The notes: generated by a model not told the origin, from the letters alone. 64,000 bases of DNA from an uncultured Gemmatimonadales bacterium (GCA_963798085.1 CAWCRS010000002.1:288001-352000); one strand, 5' to 3'; positions 47,595 to 58,695 are shown, counted from the stretch's first letter. A program made the numbers and translations.

Positions 47595-48470
47595 TTGGAT
47601 CACAGTGAATGGCTGGCCGCACGGTTCGAGACGCATCGCGCCCGTCTGCGCGCTGTGGCCTGGCGGATGCTCGGTTCGCAAAGTGAAGCCGACGATGCCG
47701 TTCAGGAATCCTGGCTCCGCCTCAACCGCTCCGCCGCCGACAGCGTCGACAACCTGGGCGGATGGCTCACGACCGTGGTCGCGCGCGTCTGCCTCGACAT
47801 GCTGCGCTCGCGCAAGGCGAGGCGCGAGGAACCCATCGCTGCGCCACTGCCCGAGCCCGCCAGCGATCCGCACGACGCCACCGGGCCCGAGCGGGAGATG
47901 CTGCTGTCCGAGTCGCTCGGTCTCGCGTTGCTGGTTGTGCTCGAAACGCTGTCACCCGCCGAACGCGTGGCGTTCGTGTTGCACGATCTGTTCGCTGTGC
48001 CCTTCGACGAGATCGCGCCCATCGTGGGCCGCACTTCGGCCGCCGCGCGCCAGCTCGCGAGCCGCGCCCGGCGCCGCGTGCGCGGAGCCGCTGCCGTGCC
48101 CGACGATTTCAACCGGCATCAGGAAGTGGTCGCCGCCTTCCTCACGGCCTCGCGCGGCGGCGACTTCCAGGCGCTGCTCGCACTGCTCGACCCGGATGTC
48201 CTGGTCCGCGCCGACAGCAGTGCCGTCCAGCTCGGTGCGGCGCGCGAAGTCCGCGGTGCCGCCGCCGTGGCCGGCACCTTCGCCGGACGCGCCCGCGCCG
48301 CGCAGCCCGCGCTCATCAACGGCGCCATGGGCCTCGCCTGGGCTCCGGGCGGACAGCCTCGCGTCGTCTTCAGCTTCACGATCACCCGCGGCAGAATTAC
48401 CGCAGTCGACGTCATCGCCCGCGCCGACCACCTTCGCAACCTCGACCTCGTGCTCCTCGACAATCATTGA
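47595..48470 (+). CDS. ECF41 (SigJ-like) sigma factor with SnoaL-like C-terminal extension
   Basis: TTG start after GGGAG. EADDAVQESWLR, WLTTVVARVCLD, LSPAERVAFVLHD, LLDPDVLVRAD. Confidence 0.9.
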   Translation: MDHSEWLAARFETHRARLRAVAWRMLGSQSEADDAVQESWLRLNRSAADSVDNLGGWLTTVVARVCLDMLRSRKARREEPIAAPLPEPASDPHDATGPEREMLLSESLGLALLVVLETLSPAERVAFVLHDLFAVPFDEIAPIVGRTSAAARQLASRARRRVRGAAAVPDDFNRHQEVVAAFLTASRGGDFQALLALLDPDVLVRADSSAVQLGAAREVRGAAAVAGTFAGRARAAQPALINGAMGLAWAPGGQPRVVFSFTITRGRITAVDVIARADHLRNLDLVLLDNH

Positions 48471-48505
48471 TCCGTCCCGTGTGCGTCGGGCCGCGGGCCG
48501 CGGCA

Positions 48506-48557
48506 TTCCCCTTGCGAACCAAGGTATGCGACCCTAGCTTCCCCTTGTGAACCGGGG
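48506..48557 (+). promoter_or_regulatory. Two repeated imperfect palindromes, putative PadR operators
   Basis: TTCCCCTTGCGAACCAAGG (48506-48524) and TTCCCCTTGTGAACCGGGG (48539-48557), 33 bp apart. Confidence 0.65.
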
Positions 48558-48563
48558 GGAGAC

Positions 48564-48908
48564 ATGCCGCGCAATGTCATTGACGCCGTTCAGGGCACAC
48601 TCGATTTCCTGATCCTCAAGACGCTGTCATGGGGCGCCATGCACGGCTACGCGATTGCCAACTGGATCGGCGAAGCCACGGAGGCGGAGCTGCGCATTGA
48701 GGAGGGCACGCTGTATCCGGCGCTGCACCGGCTCGAGCATCGCGGCCTCATCGAGGCGGACTGGGGCGTGTCGGACAACAACCGGCGCGCGAAGTTCTAC
48801 CGGCTGACCACGACGGGCCGGCGCGAGCTGCGCGCGCGCACGAAGGACTGGGAGCGTTACGCGCGCGCGGTGGAGCGCGTGCTGACGCTGCGGCCTGGAG
48901 GATCCTGA
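48564..48908 (+). CDS. PadR family regulator (acidobacterial type)
   Basis: QGTLDFLILKTL...HGYAIA...EGTLYPALHRLE...NNRRAKFYRLT. Confidence 0.93.
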   Translation: MPRNVIDAVQGTLDFLILKTLSWGAMHGYAIANWIGEATEAELRIEEGTLYPALHRLEHRGLIEADWGVSDNNRRAKFYRLTTTGRRELRARTKDWERYARAVERVLTLRPGGS

Positions 48909-48909
48909 G

Positions 48910-51546
48910 TTGCGCGGCCCGCGCACGCCGTTCTGGCGCCGCACCCGCGGTCTGTGGCAGGCCGACCCGCGCGCCGACATCGAGGACGAGCTTTCCTTTC
49001 ACCTGGAATCGCGCGTCCGCGATCTCATGGCGCAGGGCGTGCCGGAGCCGGCCGCACGTGCCCAGGCGCAGCGGACCTTCGGCGACGTGGTGCGGATACG
49101 GGAGGAGTTGCGACGCATGGACAGCCGGCATCTCGCGCGAACACGGCGTTATCGACTGCTGCAGGACCTGCGTGCCGACCTGCGTCTCGGCTTCCGGTTG
49201 CTGCTGCGGCGGCGGCTGTTCGCACTGGCGGTGATCGCGACGCTGGCGCTGGGCATCGGGGCCAGCACCACGATCTTCAGCGTGGTGCACGGTCTGCTGC
49301 TGCGGCCGCTGCCGTGGCCGGGAGGCGACCGGCTGGTCGTGTTGTGGGAGCACGACGTGCCCCGCGGCAAGGCCGGGAATGTCGTGTCAGTGCCCAACTT
49401 CGAGGCGTGGCGCGAGCGCTCGCGCAGCTACACGGGGCTGGCCGGACTCATGCCTGCCCGCTTCACGGTTACCGGCGATGCGCCGGATCGCATCTACGGC
49501 GGGGCGGTGTCACCGGAGTGGTTCAGCATCGTGGGTGTCGCGCCCGAGCTGGGCCGCGGCTTCACGCTGGAGGAGGCCCGCGCCGGTGATGTGATCGTGC
49601 TCAGTCACGCGCTGTGGGAGCGCCGTTTCAGCGCCAACCCGGCGTTAGTCGGGCAGACCATCACACTGGAGGATCGACCCTTCCGCGTGCTGGGCGTGAT
49701 GCCCGCCGGTTTCGACGCGCCGCGCTTCGGCTGGCTGGAAAAGCAGGATTTCTGGGTACCGTTTCTGCCTGATGCCGGGAACCGGAACTGGGGTCGCTTC
49801 CTGCTGGTGCTGGGGCGGTTGCGCGAGGGCGTGTCGCTGCCGATGGCGCAGCAGGAGCTGCGCGGCGTGGCGGATCAGCTGGCACGGACGGATCCAGCGG
49901 ATCGCGACTGGACCGCCGATGTCGTGACGCTGCAGGCCGAGCTGACCGGCGATCTGAAGACACCTCTGCTCGTGCTGCTCACGGCGGTCATCCTGCTGCA
50001 GCTCATCGCGGTTGTGAACGTGAGCAGTCTGGTGCTGGCGCGCGCCCAGGAGCGCGACCTCGAGTTCAGCGTGCGTGGCGTGCTCGGCGCCGGTCGCACG
50101 CGACTGCTGCGGCAATTGCTGGCGGAGGCGTTTGTCCTCATCTCGATCGGCGGTCCGCTGGGTCTGCTGCTCGCCATCTGGAGCACGTCGGCATTGCGGC
50201 CGCTGCTGCCGGGCGGTCTGCCGCGCATCGAGGCCATCCGCGCCGATGCGCCGGTGCTGTTGTTTGGTGGCCGTCTGGCATTGATCACATTCCTTGCCAT
50301 CGGGCTGGTCCCGATCGCGCGTCTGCTGCGCAGCTCGCTCGGGTCGATGCTGCGGGCGAGTGGCGGCCGCGTGACGCGGGCTCGCGGCGGCAGCGCGGTG
50401 ATGGTGGCGGAGATTGCGCTCGCGCTGACCCTTACCATTGCCGCCGGCCTCACCATGCGCAGTTTCGCGACGCTGCAGCGCACGCCCCTCGGCTTTACGC
50501 CCGAGCATCTTGTCGGCATGCGCCTCACGCTCGGGCACCCCCAGTACGACAGCGCGGCCAGTCGGGCCGCGTATTTCGCGCGCGCGATCGAGCAGCTCGA
50601 GTCGGTGCCGGGCGTGCAGTCCGCGGCCGCCATCAATGCGCGGCCGCTCTATGACGGCTCGCCGGCCACTGCCGTGTACCTCGCCGGCACGAAGCTCGAC
50701 CTGCCGCCCGTGGCGACCGTGCGCATCATCACGTCGAATTACTTTCGCACGGTCGGAACGCAGCTGCTCGAGGGCCGGGCGTTCACGGCTGCGGATCGCG
50801 CGGGTTCGCCTCTCGTCCTCATCGTCAGCCGTTCCCTGGCCCGCACACTGGTGCCGGACGCGAGCATCACAGGCCGACGCATTATCGTCGCCCTGAATAA
50901 TGGCATGAACGGCGAAGTGGTCGGCGTGGTGGACAATGTGCGCTTCGGCGGCCCCGCCGCGGCGAGCAGGCCGGCCGTGTACATCGCGCACGCGCAGTGG
51001 CCCATGGAAGCGATGGATGTAATGGTGCGTTCGACGCTGCCCCTCGCGCGTCAGGCGGACGCGCTCCGCGCCGCCATCTGGTCCGTCGACGCGGCCATCC
51101 CCATCCAGAACCTGCAGCCGATGTCGGATGTGGTCGCCGCGGCCATCGCGCAGGACCGGGTCAACATGCTGATCCTCGCCTTCTTCTCCGTAATCGCGCT
51201 GATTCTGGCGGGCACCGGTGTTTACGGCGTGTTAGCCATTGACGTCGGCCGGCGGCGGCGCGAGCTGGGCATCCGCATCAGCATGGGCGCGGCGCCCGCA
51301 CAGCTGCGGCGCATGGTGCTGACGAGGGCGCTTGCCACTGCCACCCTTGGCGTGCTGATCGGGAGTGCGGCCGCGGCGGCGGCGGCGCGCGCCATGCGTT
51401 CCATGCTGCACGGCATTTCGCCGGTTGATGCGCGCACGTTCGGGGGTGTCGCCCTGCTGATGTTCGCGCTGGCGCTGCTGGCCGCCTTCGTCCCGGCGTG
51501 GCGAGCCACCCGCATCGATCCGCTCCTGGCCATGCGCAGCGACTGA
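48910..51546 (+). CDS. ADOP-type duplicated ABC permease
   Basis: DIEDELSFHL, LALGIGASTTIFSVV, RRRELGIRISMGA, PAWRATRIDP. Confidence 0.92.
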   Translation: MRGPRTPFWRRTRGLWQADPRADIEDELSFHLESRVRDLMAQGVPEPAARAQAQRTFGDVVRIREELRRMDSRHLARTRRYRLLQDLRADLRLGFRLLLRRRLFALAVIATLALGIGASTTIFSVVHGLLLRPLPWPGGDRLVVLWEHDVPRGKAGNVVSVPNFEAWRERSRSYTGLAGLMPARFTVTGDAPDRIYGGAVSPEWFSIVGVAPELGRGFTLEEARAGDVIVLSHALWERRFSANPALVGQTITLEDRPFRVLGVMPAGFDAPRFGWLEKQDFWVPFLPDAGNRNWGRFLLVLGRLREGVSLPMAQQELRGVADQLARTDPADRDWTADVVTLQAELTGDLKTPLLVLLTAVILLQLIAVVNVSSLVLARAQERDLEFSVRGVLGAGRTRLLRQLLAEAFVLISIGGPLGLLLAIWSTSALRPLLPGGLPRIEAIRADAPVLLFGGRLALITFLAIGLVPIARLLRSSLGSMLRASGGRVTRARGGSAVMVAEIALALTLTIAAGLTMRSFATLQRTPLGFTPEHLVGMRLTLGHPQYDSAASRAAYFARAIEQLESVPGVQSAAAINARPLYDGSPATAVYLAGTKLDLPPVATVRIITSNYFRTVGTQLLEGRAFTAADRAGSPLVLIVSRSLARTLVPDASITGRRIIVALNNGMNGEVVGVVDNVRFGGPAAASRPAVYIAHAQWPMEAMDVMVRSTLPLARQADALRAAIWSVDAAIPIQNLQPMSDVVAAAIAQDRVNMLILAFFSVIALILAGTGVYGVLAIDVGRRRRELGIRISMGAAPAQLRRMVLTRALATATLGVLIGSAAAAAAARAMRSMLHGISPVDARTFGGVALLMFALALLAAFVPAWRATRIDPLLAMRSD

Positions 51547-51616
51547 CAGGACACGGACCCGTTCCCGGCCGCGAGGCGGGCGGCCCGCGGGTGGACCGCC
51601 CGACCCCTGGCGCGGC

Positions 51617-52150
51617 TCAGCGAACGCGCGGGTTCATTGGCGCGAACACGCCATCGGGGTTGAAGCGCCAGACCCAGGCATGCAGCGTCCAGAGGCCAAA
51701 CGTCGTGTTGTGATCCCACTTGTCCTGGTTGCCGACGAAGCCATCGGGCGCGTGCGCGACCAGCTGCAGCGGCACCACGTACTCGACCGCGACCCGCTCG
51801 GGATGGCGGCCCGGCGTGTATACGAGCAGTTCCGGATGCTCCAGATCGAACCTGGCATCGAGCACACTGGCGCGCATGAAGTGCTGTCCCATGTCAGGCA
51901 GCACGACGTGAATGTCCGCCTATCCGTCCTGCACCGCCTTCTCGATGTCCTTGTAGCGCGCGGTGGCGCTGCGCACACGCTCGAGCTGCTCTTCCAGCCG
52001 GCGATCGGTGACGCCCGGGTCGTTGTTATCGGGCACGCGGTCCGCTGCGGGCGCGGTGGGAGTGTCGGGCAGCGTCGTCGCGGGCTCGGCCTGCGCACAG
52101 GCAGCCAGCGCCAGCACCATGCCGGCGGTCTTCCAGATCCTGTGGGTCAT
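51617..52150 (-). pseudogene. Lipoprotein interrupted by one in-frame TAG
   Basis: LAAC lipobox...ATARYKDIEKAVQDG*ADIHVVLPDMGQHF...PELLVY...LHAWVW, one continuous frame with TAG at 51922-51920. Confidence 0.8.
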
Positions 52151-52339
52151 GGCAGTTCCTCAACTCACTGTTGGCGTATGATCGGGGGAACGACGAGCGC
52201 CGTCCGGCCTCGCGTCCTTCTTCTCGACGCGGCATGGGAAAGCGCCTCGCATGAAGGTTCGTTCTTGCCGCGAGGGAATGATGGCGCGGGCAGAGGGGCG
52301 CCCGCATCGGCGGTTCTGCCTGTTCTGGCGAGGTGTGCG

Positions 52340-53271
52340 GCCGATCTTCGTCGCCGCTGTCGGCAAGTGCCGTCGCGTGTTCGTACGGGCAGCCCACGCG
52401 TTCCCAGGCGAGCGCGCCGCCGCGCCAGTCGCCGCTGATCTGCCTGGCATACGGCTCGGCAATGTGCCGGGCGGCAACTTCGAGCGCCCCTGCCCGCCAC
52501 AGCCAGAAGAACACCTCGCCCCGTTCCCACGGATCTCCCAAACGGATCGTTAGATCGATCCAGGCAGGCCGCGCGCGCTGTTGCTTCCGCATCACCGGCC
52601 AGCCAGGCCGCCTCCGCCCCGCGCCGCGGCAACCGGCGCAATGCGCTGCACTTCGCCGGTCGGCAGCGCCAGATCGAGGGCTTCGTCGAGGAGCGCGCTG
52701 ACATGCTGAAACTGGAATCGGCTTCGAGCAGCACCGCGAGCACGCGACGATGCAGCTCCTGGCGCCGTGCGGTTGGCAGCGAATCCTCCACGGCACGCCT
52801 CGCAAGCTCGTGCCGGAACGCGACACCTCCGTCCTCCAGGCGCACCATGCCCACCGAAGAACGGGTTGCCCGCCGTGGCGGCGTGAATGCTCTCGGCGGA
52901 ACGGCCCGTGCCCCGTGTCAGTGTTGCAACGGCAGCCTCGGACAGCGCCGGAAGATGCGTGCGGATCGTCGCTGCGGAAGGGAGATAGCCCAGCGCCACA
53001 CGCAACGGATGGTCGGTCGCAACTTCGTCATCACGGTATGTGGCAATGGGCAGGCATGCCGTGCGCTGAATGCGGCGCCCGGCAAAGCGCAGCAGATCCA
53101 GCGTGGCACCGTCCGCCCAGTGCATGTCTTCCAGCACGACAGTCGTCGGCGAGCAGCGTTCCAGCTCCGCCTGGAATGCGTCGAACACGCGCTCGCGGGC
53201 GGCCGCGCCGCACGCGCCAGCGCCTCGCTCAGGGTGTCAAGAAACGGCTCGCGCTCGAGCAGCTGCGCCAA
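52340..53271 (-). pseudogene. Degraded AAA-ATPase/LuxR (MalT-like) regulator
   Basis: Fragments across frames: LLERE, LEDMHWADGATLDLLRF, TYRDDE, TAGNPFF, FRHELARRAV, GCPYEHATALAD. Confidence 0.75.
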
Positions 53272-53815
53272 CGAGCGCGTTCGTCCGCCAATGCCTGAAT
53301 GTGCATCGCGTCCAGAGCGGTTGATCGCGGCAGGATTCGACATCGTTTCTCACTCGCACGCGGCCTCGGGGGTTATGGTCTCTGCCGCGTCGCAACCGAC
53401 CACCACAAAACCGGTACAGCCAAATTCAAACGCGCAGGCACGGGTTCCGCTGCGACCGGCACGCATTGGCGCGCGCGAATCTGAAAACCTGCGCCGCGGA
53501 ATGCGATCCGTGGAAATACACGGAGGCCAATGCGTGCTCACACGACAATGCGGCCCCGTGCTGTGCAGGCGTGTCGCCACCCATGGCAATACCGGCGTTT
53601 CACAGCATCAAGCGTACCCCTCCATCGGCACAGGCCATGAGTCGGACTGGCCCGGCAGCGCCTGCATCACATGTCGCTTCGCTGCCTGTGCTCGCGCCTG
53701 AACTGGATGGCCGACGGCTGCTTCGACCGGAAACGAGTTCCGGAATGCACACACGGCTGCCACTCCGCGCCCGCGCGCGTGGAACGGCTCGAGCACTCAT
53801 GCGCTGGAGGATCCA

Positions 53816-54367
53816 ATGACACGTAAATCGCTGTTGCCCCTGGCCACGTTGACCCTGTTCGCCGCGGCCTGCGCACCCGGCGTTACCGTGCACAACGACT
53901 TCGACCACGATGTCGCCTTTGCACAGCTGCACACCTTCGACTGGGCGCCGGCGCCCGGGCGCTCCACAACGGGTGACCCGCGCACCACCAATCCGTTTCT
54001 GGAGCGGCGCATCCGGCAGGCGATCGAAGCGAACCTGCAGGAACACGGCTACCGCAAAGCCACCGATGCAGCGCCCGACCTGCTCATCGCGTACTACGCG
54101 GCCGTCGAAGCCAAACTGGACGTTAGCACGGTCGATCAGTACTACGGCTGGCGCGGACCCTGGACGCGCACGGCGACCGAAGTCCATCAGTACGACGAAG
54201 GCACCCTCGTCATCGACATCGCCGATGCGCGAACCCGTCGCGCGATCTGGCGAGGCTGGGGCCAGGGCGCGGTCACCCGCTCCAGCAACCCGGCCACCAA
54301 CGAACAGCGGTTGCGCCACGCGGTCGACAGGATCCTGGCCAGCTTTCCCGCCTCAGCGGGCAACTGA
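53816..54367 (+). CDS. DUF4136-like lipoprotein
   Basis: AAAC lipobox, YDEGTLVIDIADARTRRAIWRG. Confidence 0.85.
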   Translation: MTRKSLLPLATLTLFAAACAPGVTVHNDFDHDVAFAQLHTFDWAPAPGRSTTGDPRTTNPFLERRIRQAIEANLQEHGYRKATDAAPDLLIAYYAAVEAKLDVSTVDQYYGWRGPWTRTATEVHQYDEGTLVIDIADARTRRAIWRGWGQGAVTRSSNPATNEQRLRHAVDRILASFPASAGN

Positions 54368-54692
54368 GCCCGCGATCACTCAAGCGCTGGCAGTCGCCGG
54401 CCCGGTCGCTTGCGCCACCGCCACGCGTCGGTGGTGCGATCGGGCCGGCAGCACCGCATTGCGCCGCCGGTCGCCGCCCTGCAGGCGCACCGCCATCCGT
54501 CCCCGTCGCGGCTGCCCGTGAGCGCATCACGCTGTGCGACACGCTCGTCCCAGAGCAGTGCCCCCCTCCGCCAACTATTCTCAACTTGGTAATACTCGAC
54601 GATCGCCGTCGATGCGGACGCCGCTTGCGCGCAGGCAGGACGCGCTACGCTGCGCCGCTGACGGGGCCGACATGCAGCATGGGGAGGAAGCC

Positions 54693-55310
54693 GTGCGTGA
54701 GCGTTTCTGTGTTGTGGCCGTTGCTCTGCTGGCGTTGGGCGCAGGTTCGGCGGCGGGCCAGGGCGGGAATCCACCGCCGCCCGCGCCGCGGGCGGTCCAG
54801 CTGCCGGACACGATGGGCGCCAACTTCGCGATCGCGGATTCTGCGACGGCCACGAGCAGTCCGGGGGATTTCGATTTCCTGATTGGTGTCTGGCACTTCA
54901 CTTTTCAGCAGCGGCGGCCGGACGGCCTGTTCAATCCGCCGTTCAAGGGTCACTGGGTGTTCGATAAGAAGCGCGCCAACGGTGCCATGATCGAGGATCA
55001 CTGGCGGGCGGATGCAGCCGGGCAGACGTATGACAGCGGCACCTGGACGTATCGGACATTCAATCCGCAGCGGAAGTTGTGGGAGATGGAGGGTGTGAAC
55101 ACGGCGGGCGGCGCGTGGGCGCCGGGTCTGATGTGGTCGGACAGCAGCAGCCGTTATCTGGTGCAGCACTATGGCAGCACCATGGTTCGCTTCCGATATT
55201 TCGCCATCACGCCCGACCATTTTCTCTGGCGCGCCGACCAGAGCGCGGATGGCGGCAAGACCTGGCTCCGCGACTGGTGGACCATGGACGTGACCCGCAT
55301 CGCGAAGTAG
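54693..55310 (+). CDS. Secreted hypothetical protein (DUF1579-like)
   Basis: SD GGAGG + GTG, DFDFLIGVW, SADGGKTW. Confidence 0.7.
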   Translation: MRERFCVVAVALLALGAGSAAGQGGNPPPPAPRAVQLPDTMGANFAIADSATATSSPGDFDFLIGVWHFTFQQRRPDGLFNPPFKGHWVFDKKRANGAMIEDHWRADAAGQTYDSGTWTYRTFNPQRKLWEMEGVNTAGGAWAPGLMWSDSSSRYLVQHYGSTMVRFRYFAITPDHFLWRADQSADGGKTWLRDWWTMDVTRIAK

Positions 55311-55476
55311 CCCCGCATTCTCGCGTCGCGGCGCGCCGGCCGGCGGTGACGGTTTCCGCTGCGCTTTGACGCACTGCCAGTCGGGAGCCAGTCCGCGAGC
55401 GTTCGTCAGTCCGACGCACGCTCGCGGCGCGTGCGCCGTTTGCGGCGAAGGCTCATGGAACTGCGAGGGAGGCGGC

Positions 55477-55947
55477 ATGCGTTCAGCGCGAATCGTCACC
55501 GGTCTCATTGCGCTGGTGCTGGCGGCAGGCTGCAGCTCGGGCGATGGGGTCAGCGATCCGGCCAAGGACCTCGCCGTCGGCACCATCGTCGGCACGATTG
55601 ACGGAACGAGCTGGAGTACCAGCAATGCGATCGCTATTTACGCGGGCGGGCGGCTGGTCGCCGCGGGCACGGGAAGCCAGAACCTGACTTTCGGCCTTGG
55701 TGTCGGCGCTCTCTCGCCGGGAACGTACACGACTGGCGGCAGTGGCAGCGCATCGGCATCGATCGCGGATGGCAGCGGCTCGGTGTGGGAGGCTGCGGCA
55801 GCGGGCGGCAGTGGCACACTGACCATCACGAGTTCCGGCTCGAATGAAGTCGCCGGCACTTTCTCCTTCACGCTGGTGCGCACCGGTGGATCGGGCACGC
55901 CAACGACCCGAGCCATCACGAGCGGCCGCTTTCACCTCCGCTACTGA
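55477..55947 (+). CDS. Hypothetical lipoprotein
   Basis: SD GGAGG, AAGC lipobox, GTFSF...ITSGRF. Confidence 0.75.
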   Translation: MRSARIVTGLIALVLAAGCSSGDGVSDPAKDLAVGTIVGTIDGTSWSTSNAIAIYAGGRLVAAGTGSQNLTFGLGVGALSPGTYTTGGSGSASASIADGSGSVWEAAAAGGSGTLTITSSGSNEVAGTFSFTLVRTGGSGTPTTRAITSGRFHLRY

Positions 55948-56084
55948 AGGGCACGTCCGGTCCTGTCGACAGCCACCAGCACAGCAGCGCGCTGCTGACA
56001 ACCGGTGTCAGCACGACCAGCCCGGCGTGATTGTCATTGCCTCCACCCCGTCGCTAACACGAGGCTTTCCGCTGACGTGTGGAC

Positions 56085-56639
56085 TCACGACGTGGCGGAT
56101 ACCCGCTTCGCCATGAGAATGTCGTGGCGGCCGGGCCCATCGACATCCGGGAAGATGCCCGTCACCGCGTAACCCAGTCGCTGGTAGAACGTGTACGCGT
56201 GACCGGACGCGGGCTCGAGTTCCTGCAGGCGCTCGAGCACGCGCGGATAGAGGTCGACACCGAAGAGGTTCGTGCCGCCATAGTCGTCATCCGCCCCGAG
56301 CCACATGGTCAGAACGCCCTCCGCACGCGCGGCGTCTTCCAGCGCGCCGACGAGCCGCGTGCCCCAGCCGCAACGCTGATGCGGCGGATCCACGACGAGG
56401 GGATGCAGTTCCCAGGCAAACGACGACTGGCGGATCGCGCCGATCCAGCCGCGGAGTTCGCCGTCCTGAACCGCGGCCAAGCCGATGCGGTCCGCAGCGC
56501 CGAGGAACAGCCCGACCTCGGCGCGGGCACTTTCGACCGAGTGCCATGCGCAGGGAACGTGAGCCAGCGCATCCCGGAGAATGACGGCTGCCTGCTCGAC
56601 CAGGGAGGCCGGCAACGTGTGAAAGCCAACGATCGCCAT
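56085..56639 (-). CDS. GNAT acetyltransferase, aminoglycoside AAC(6')-I-like
   Basis: GWIG...WELHPLVV...GWGTRLV...WLGADD...FYQRLGY..TGIFPD..GPGRHDILMAKRV. Confidence 0.78.
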   Translation of the reverse strand: MAIVGFHTLPASLVEQAAVILRDALAHVPCAWHSVESARAEVGLFLGAADRIGLAAVQDGELRGWIGAIRQSSFAWELHPLVVDPPHQRCGWGTRLVGALEDAARAEGVLTMWLGADDDYGGTNLFGVDLYPRVLERLQELEPASGHAYTFYQRLGYAVTGIFPDVDGPGRHDILMAKRVSATS

Positions 56640-56805
56640 GGGCAAAAGGCTACAGCGGGGAAGCAGCCCGTGCAACAGCATTGTTCGTGACGGTCTGACT
56701 GCCTTGGGGCGGGCCTTGTGTCTGCTGCCGGCCCGCGGTGCCGGCCAGCACCCTCGACTGGCACGTTCATAACGGATGGTTAGGCAGGCGATCTGGCGGC
56801 TGCGG

Positions 56806-57393
56806 TCAGGGCGACCCGCGCATCTGGACGCCTTGCGTTTTCAGGAATTCGCGCCACTTCGCGGCCCGCTGCGCGGGCGTCATCGACAGCGCTGTCCGCC
56901 ACGCCGACGCGTAGTCGTACAGTCCCTTGCGCGCGCTCTCCACCCGGATTTCCTTGTCGGCGAAGGACTGGCCATAGAGCCGGACCCACGCGTCGTAGAG
57001 ATACAGGAACAGCACCGGGTGGTCGTCCTCGCCTTTGCGGAAGAATCGCCCTTCCAGCCTGTGCCCGAGCTCGTGCATCATTGCCGCTTTCCTGTCGTCA
57101 GGCGAATAGCTGGCGCGCAGCCGCATGGGGATATCGCGGAACCCCGACGAACTTGCCCCTTCGAACACGATGGCCTGAATGTCATTCTCCTCGAAGTGCA
57201 GGCCACTCACCGCTTCCAGAGCGTCGGTAATGCGGTCGCCTTCTGCTTCCCAGAAGCGTCGGTACTCGTCGGCGGCAGGCGCAAAACGTGTCGACTCGGG
57301 TGTGAACGTGATCCGGAGTCTCGGCGTTTGCGCCTCTGCCCGCAGCGCGCATGACAGACTCACCGCTGCAACCAGCATCAACTCCCATCGCAT
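56806..57393 (-). CDS. Secreted HExxH protein
   Basis: SD GGAGG, signal peptide AEA, MHELGH. Confidence 0.7.
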   Translation of the reverse strand: MRWELMLVAAVSLSCALRAEAQTPRLRITFTPESTRFAPAADEYRRFWEAEGDRITDALEAVSGLHFEENDIQAIVFEGASSSGFRDIPMRLRASYSPDDRKAAMMHELGHRLEGRFFRKGEDDHPVLFLYLYDAWVRLYGQSFADKEIRVESARKGLYDYASAWRTALSMTPAQRAAKWREFLKTQGVQMRGSP

Positions 57394-57526
57394 GAGTGCC
57401 TCCGCCGAAGATCGAAGTGCCCTTTTGCAGGGCTGCCCGTATCCCTTCGACGTGCGGACGCGAGGAAGCGTTACCGAATCACGGAAATGGCTCGAGGCAG
57501 GGCGTGCTGCTGTCTGCGCAGGATGC

Positions 57527-58463
57527 TCAACGGGATCGCGACCCGCCCCGGCCACGGCCGCGGGCTCCGGGACGCGGCGGCTCCAGCCCGCTGCGCACAT
57601 CCTGCAACGTTCCTTCGACGAGCTGGCCCTTGAAGCAACCGAGCGTGTACGGATACTCGCGTGTGATGCGGTACGCATACGCGTACGTCCGTCCCTCGAC
57701 CGTCACCCGTTCGGCGCGTCCATGACACGCGTCCAGATCGGCGTTGCTGAGCCGTGCGCCTTGCGCGTCCTTCATGCCCAGAATGGGAAAGCCGTCGAGG
57801 GCCCAGCCCACTGTCTGGTTTGCGTCGACGCCCGGTATGCAGGGTGACCCGTTGTGGTAGTGGTACTGCGAGTTGGCCTGCGGGTGGCCATCGCAGAGAT
57901 CCTGAATCTCATGCGCTGCCGCGTCCCGCCCCGCCGCATCGAGTGCGTTGTACAGCGCGACTCCGGTCACAGTGAAGCCGATCATGCCCATGGGCAGACA
58001 GCCGGGTTCCGCGGCGAAGGTCGGATGGGCGGGGATGGCGAAGCGCAGATGCTGCGCGGCGATCCGGTTCGGATTCGTGTCGTACCGGTAGACAGAATCG
58101 ACCCGCGCGATCGGGAAGATTCCCGTCGGCTCGTGTACGGGCAGGCCGTTCCCCGTGAAGGCGAGTTCGTTCGTGTCCGGCATCAATGTGAAAGCCGCAT
58201 TCGGGCCACAGCACGCTGCCCGCGACATGCGGCTTCTCCGCAGGATTCCAGGTTTCGCCGTGGAACCAGGGACCGTCATGACGGGCGCCACCACCGCGGA
58301 ATGTGGAGTTGCAGGCATACACGTTGCCAGCTGCGGGGTCGTGGGTCACCCGCCCATCGCCGACAGGCAGTTCCTGTGCGCGTGCAGCTCCCGCCATGAC
58401 AAATGCGAGAAGCGCCGCCGACATGATGTTCCCGACCCTTGCGGCCGACAACTGTATCTTCAT
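57527..58463 (-). pseudogene. YHYH-domain protein with a +1 frameshift near 58202
   Basis: N-terminus MKIQL...AGSVLWP continues in another frame as NAAFTL...DLCDGHP..QYHYH...GWALDGFPI. Confidence 0.8.
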
Positions 58464-58695
58464 CAGCCTCCCCTTGCCGAACGAAGCAGGCTGCAGCCAA
58501 CCCATCTCTGACGAAGGGACGCCACCGGACGCAGGTTCGTTAGACCGTGTTAGACCCCCGCTTGCGCTGAACGGCTCGCACCAATCGGGTGGCGAGCACA
58601 ACGCGAGCTGGCTGGCCAGGGCTCTCGCGTGCGCACCCATGAGCGGACGCGTAGAATGGAGGCAGGATCCCGCACCTGATCACGGAGGAAGATCG

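Noticed and set aside
51920..51922. Programmed amber readthrough (pyrrolysine or recoding)
   Set aside because: Single instance, TAG ends many other genes here, and no pyl genes are seen. A TAC/TAT-to-TAG change or sequencing error is simpler.
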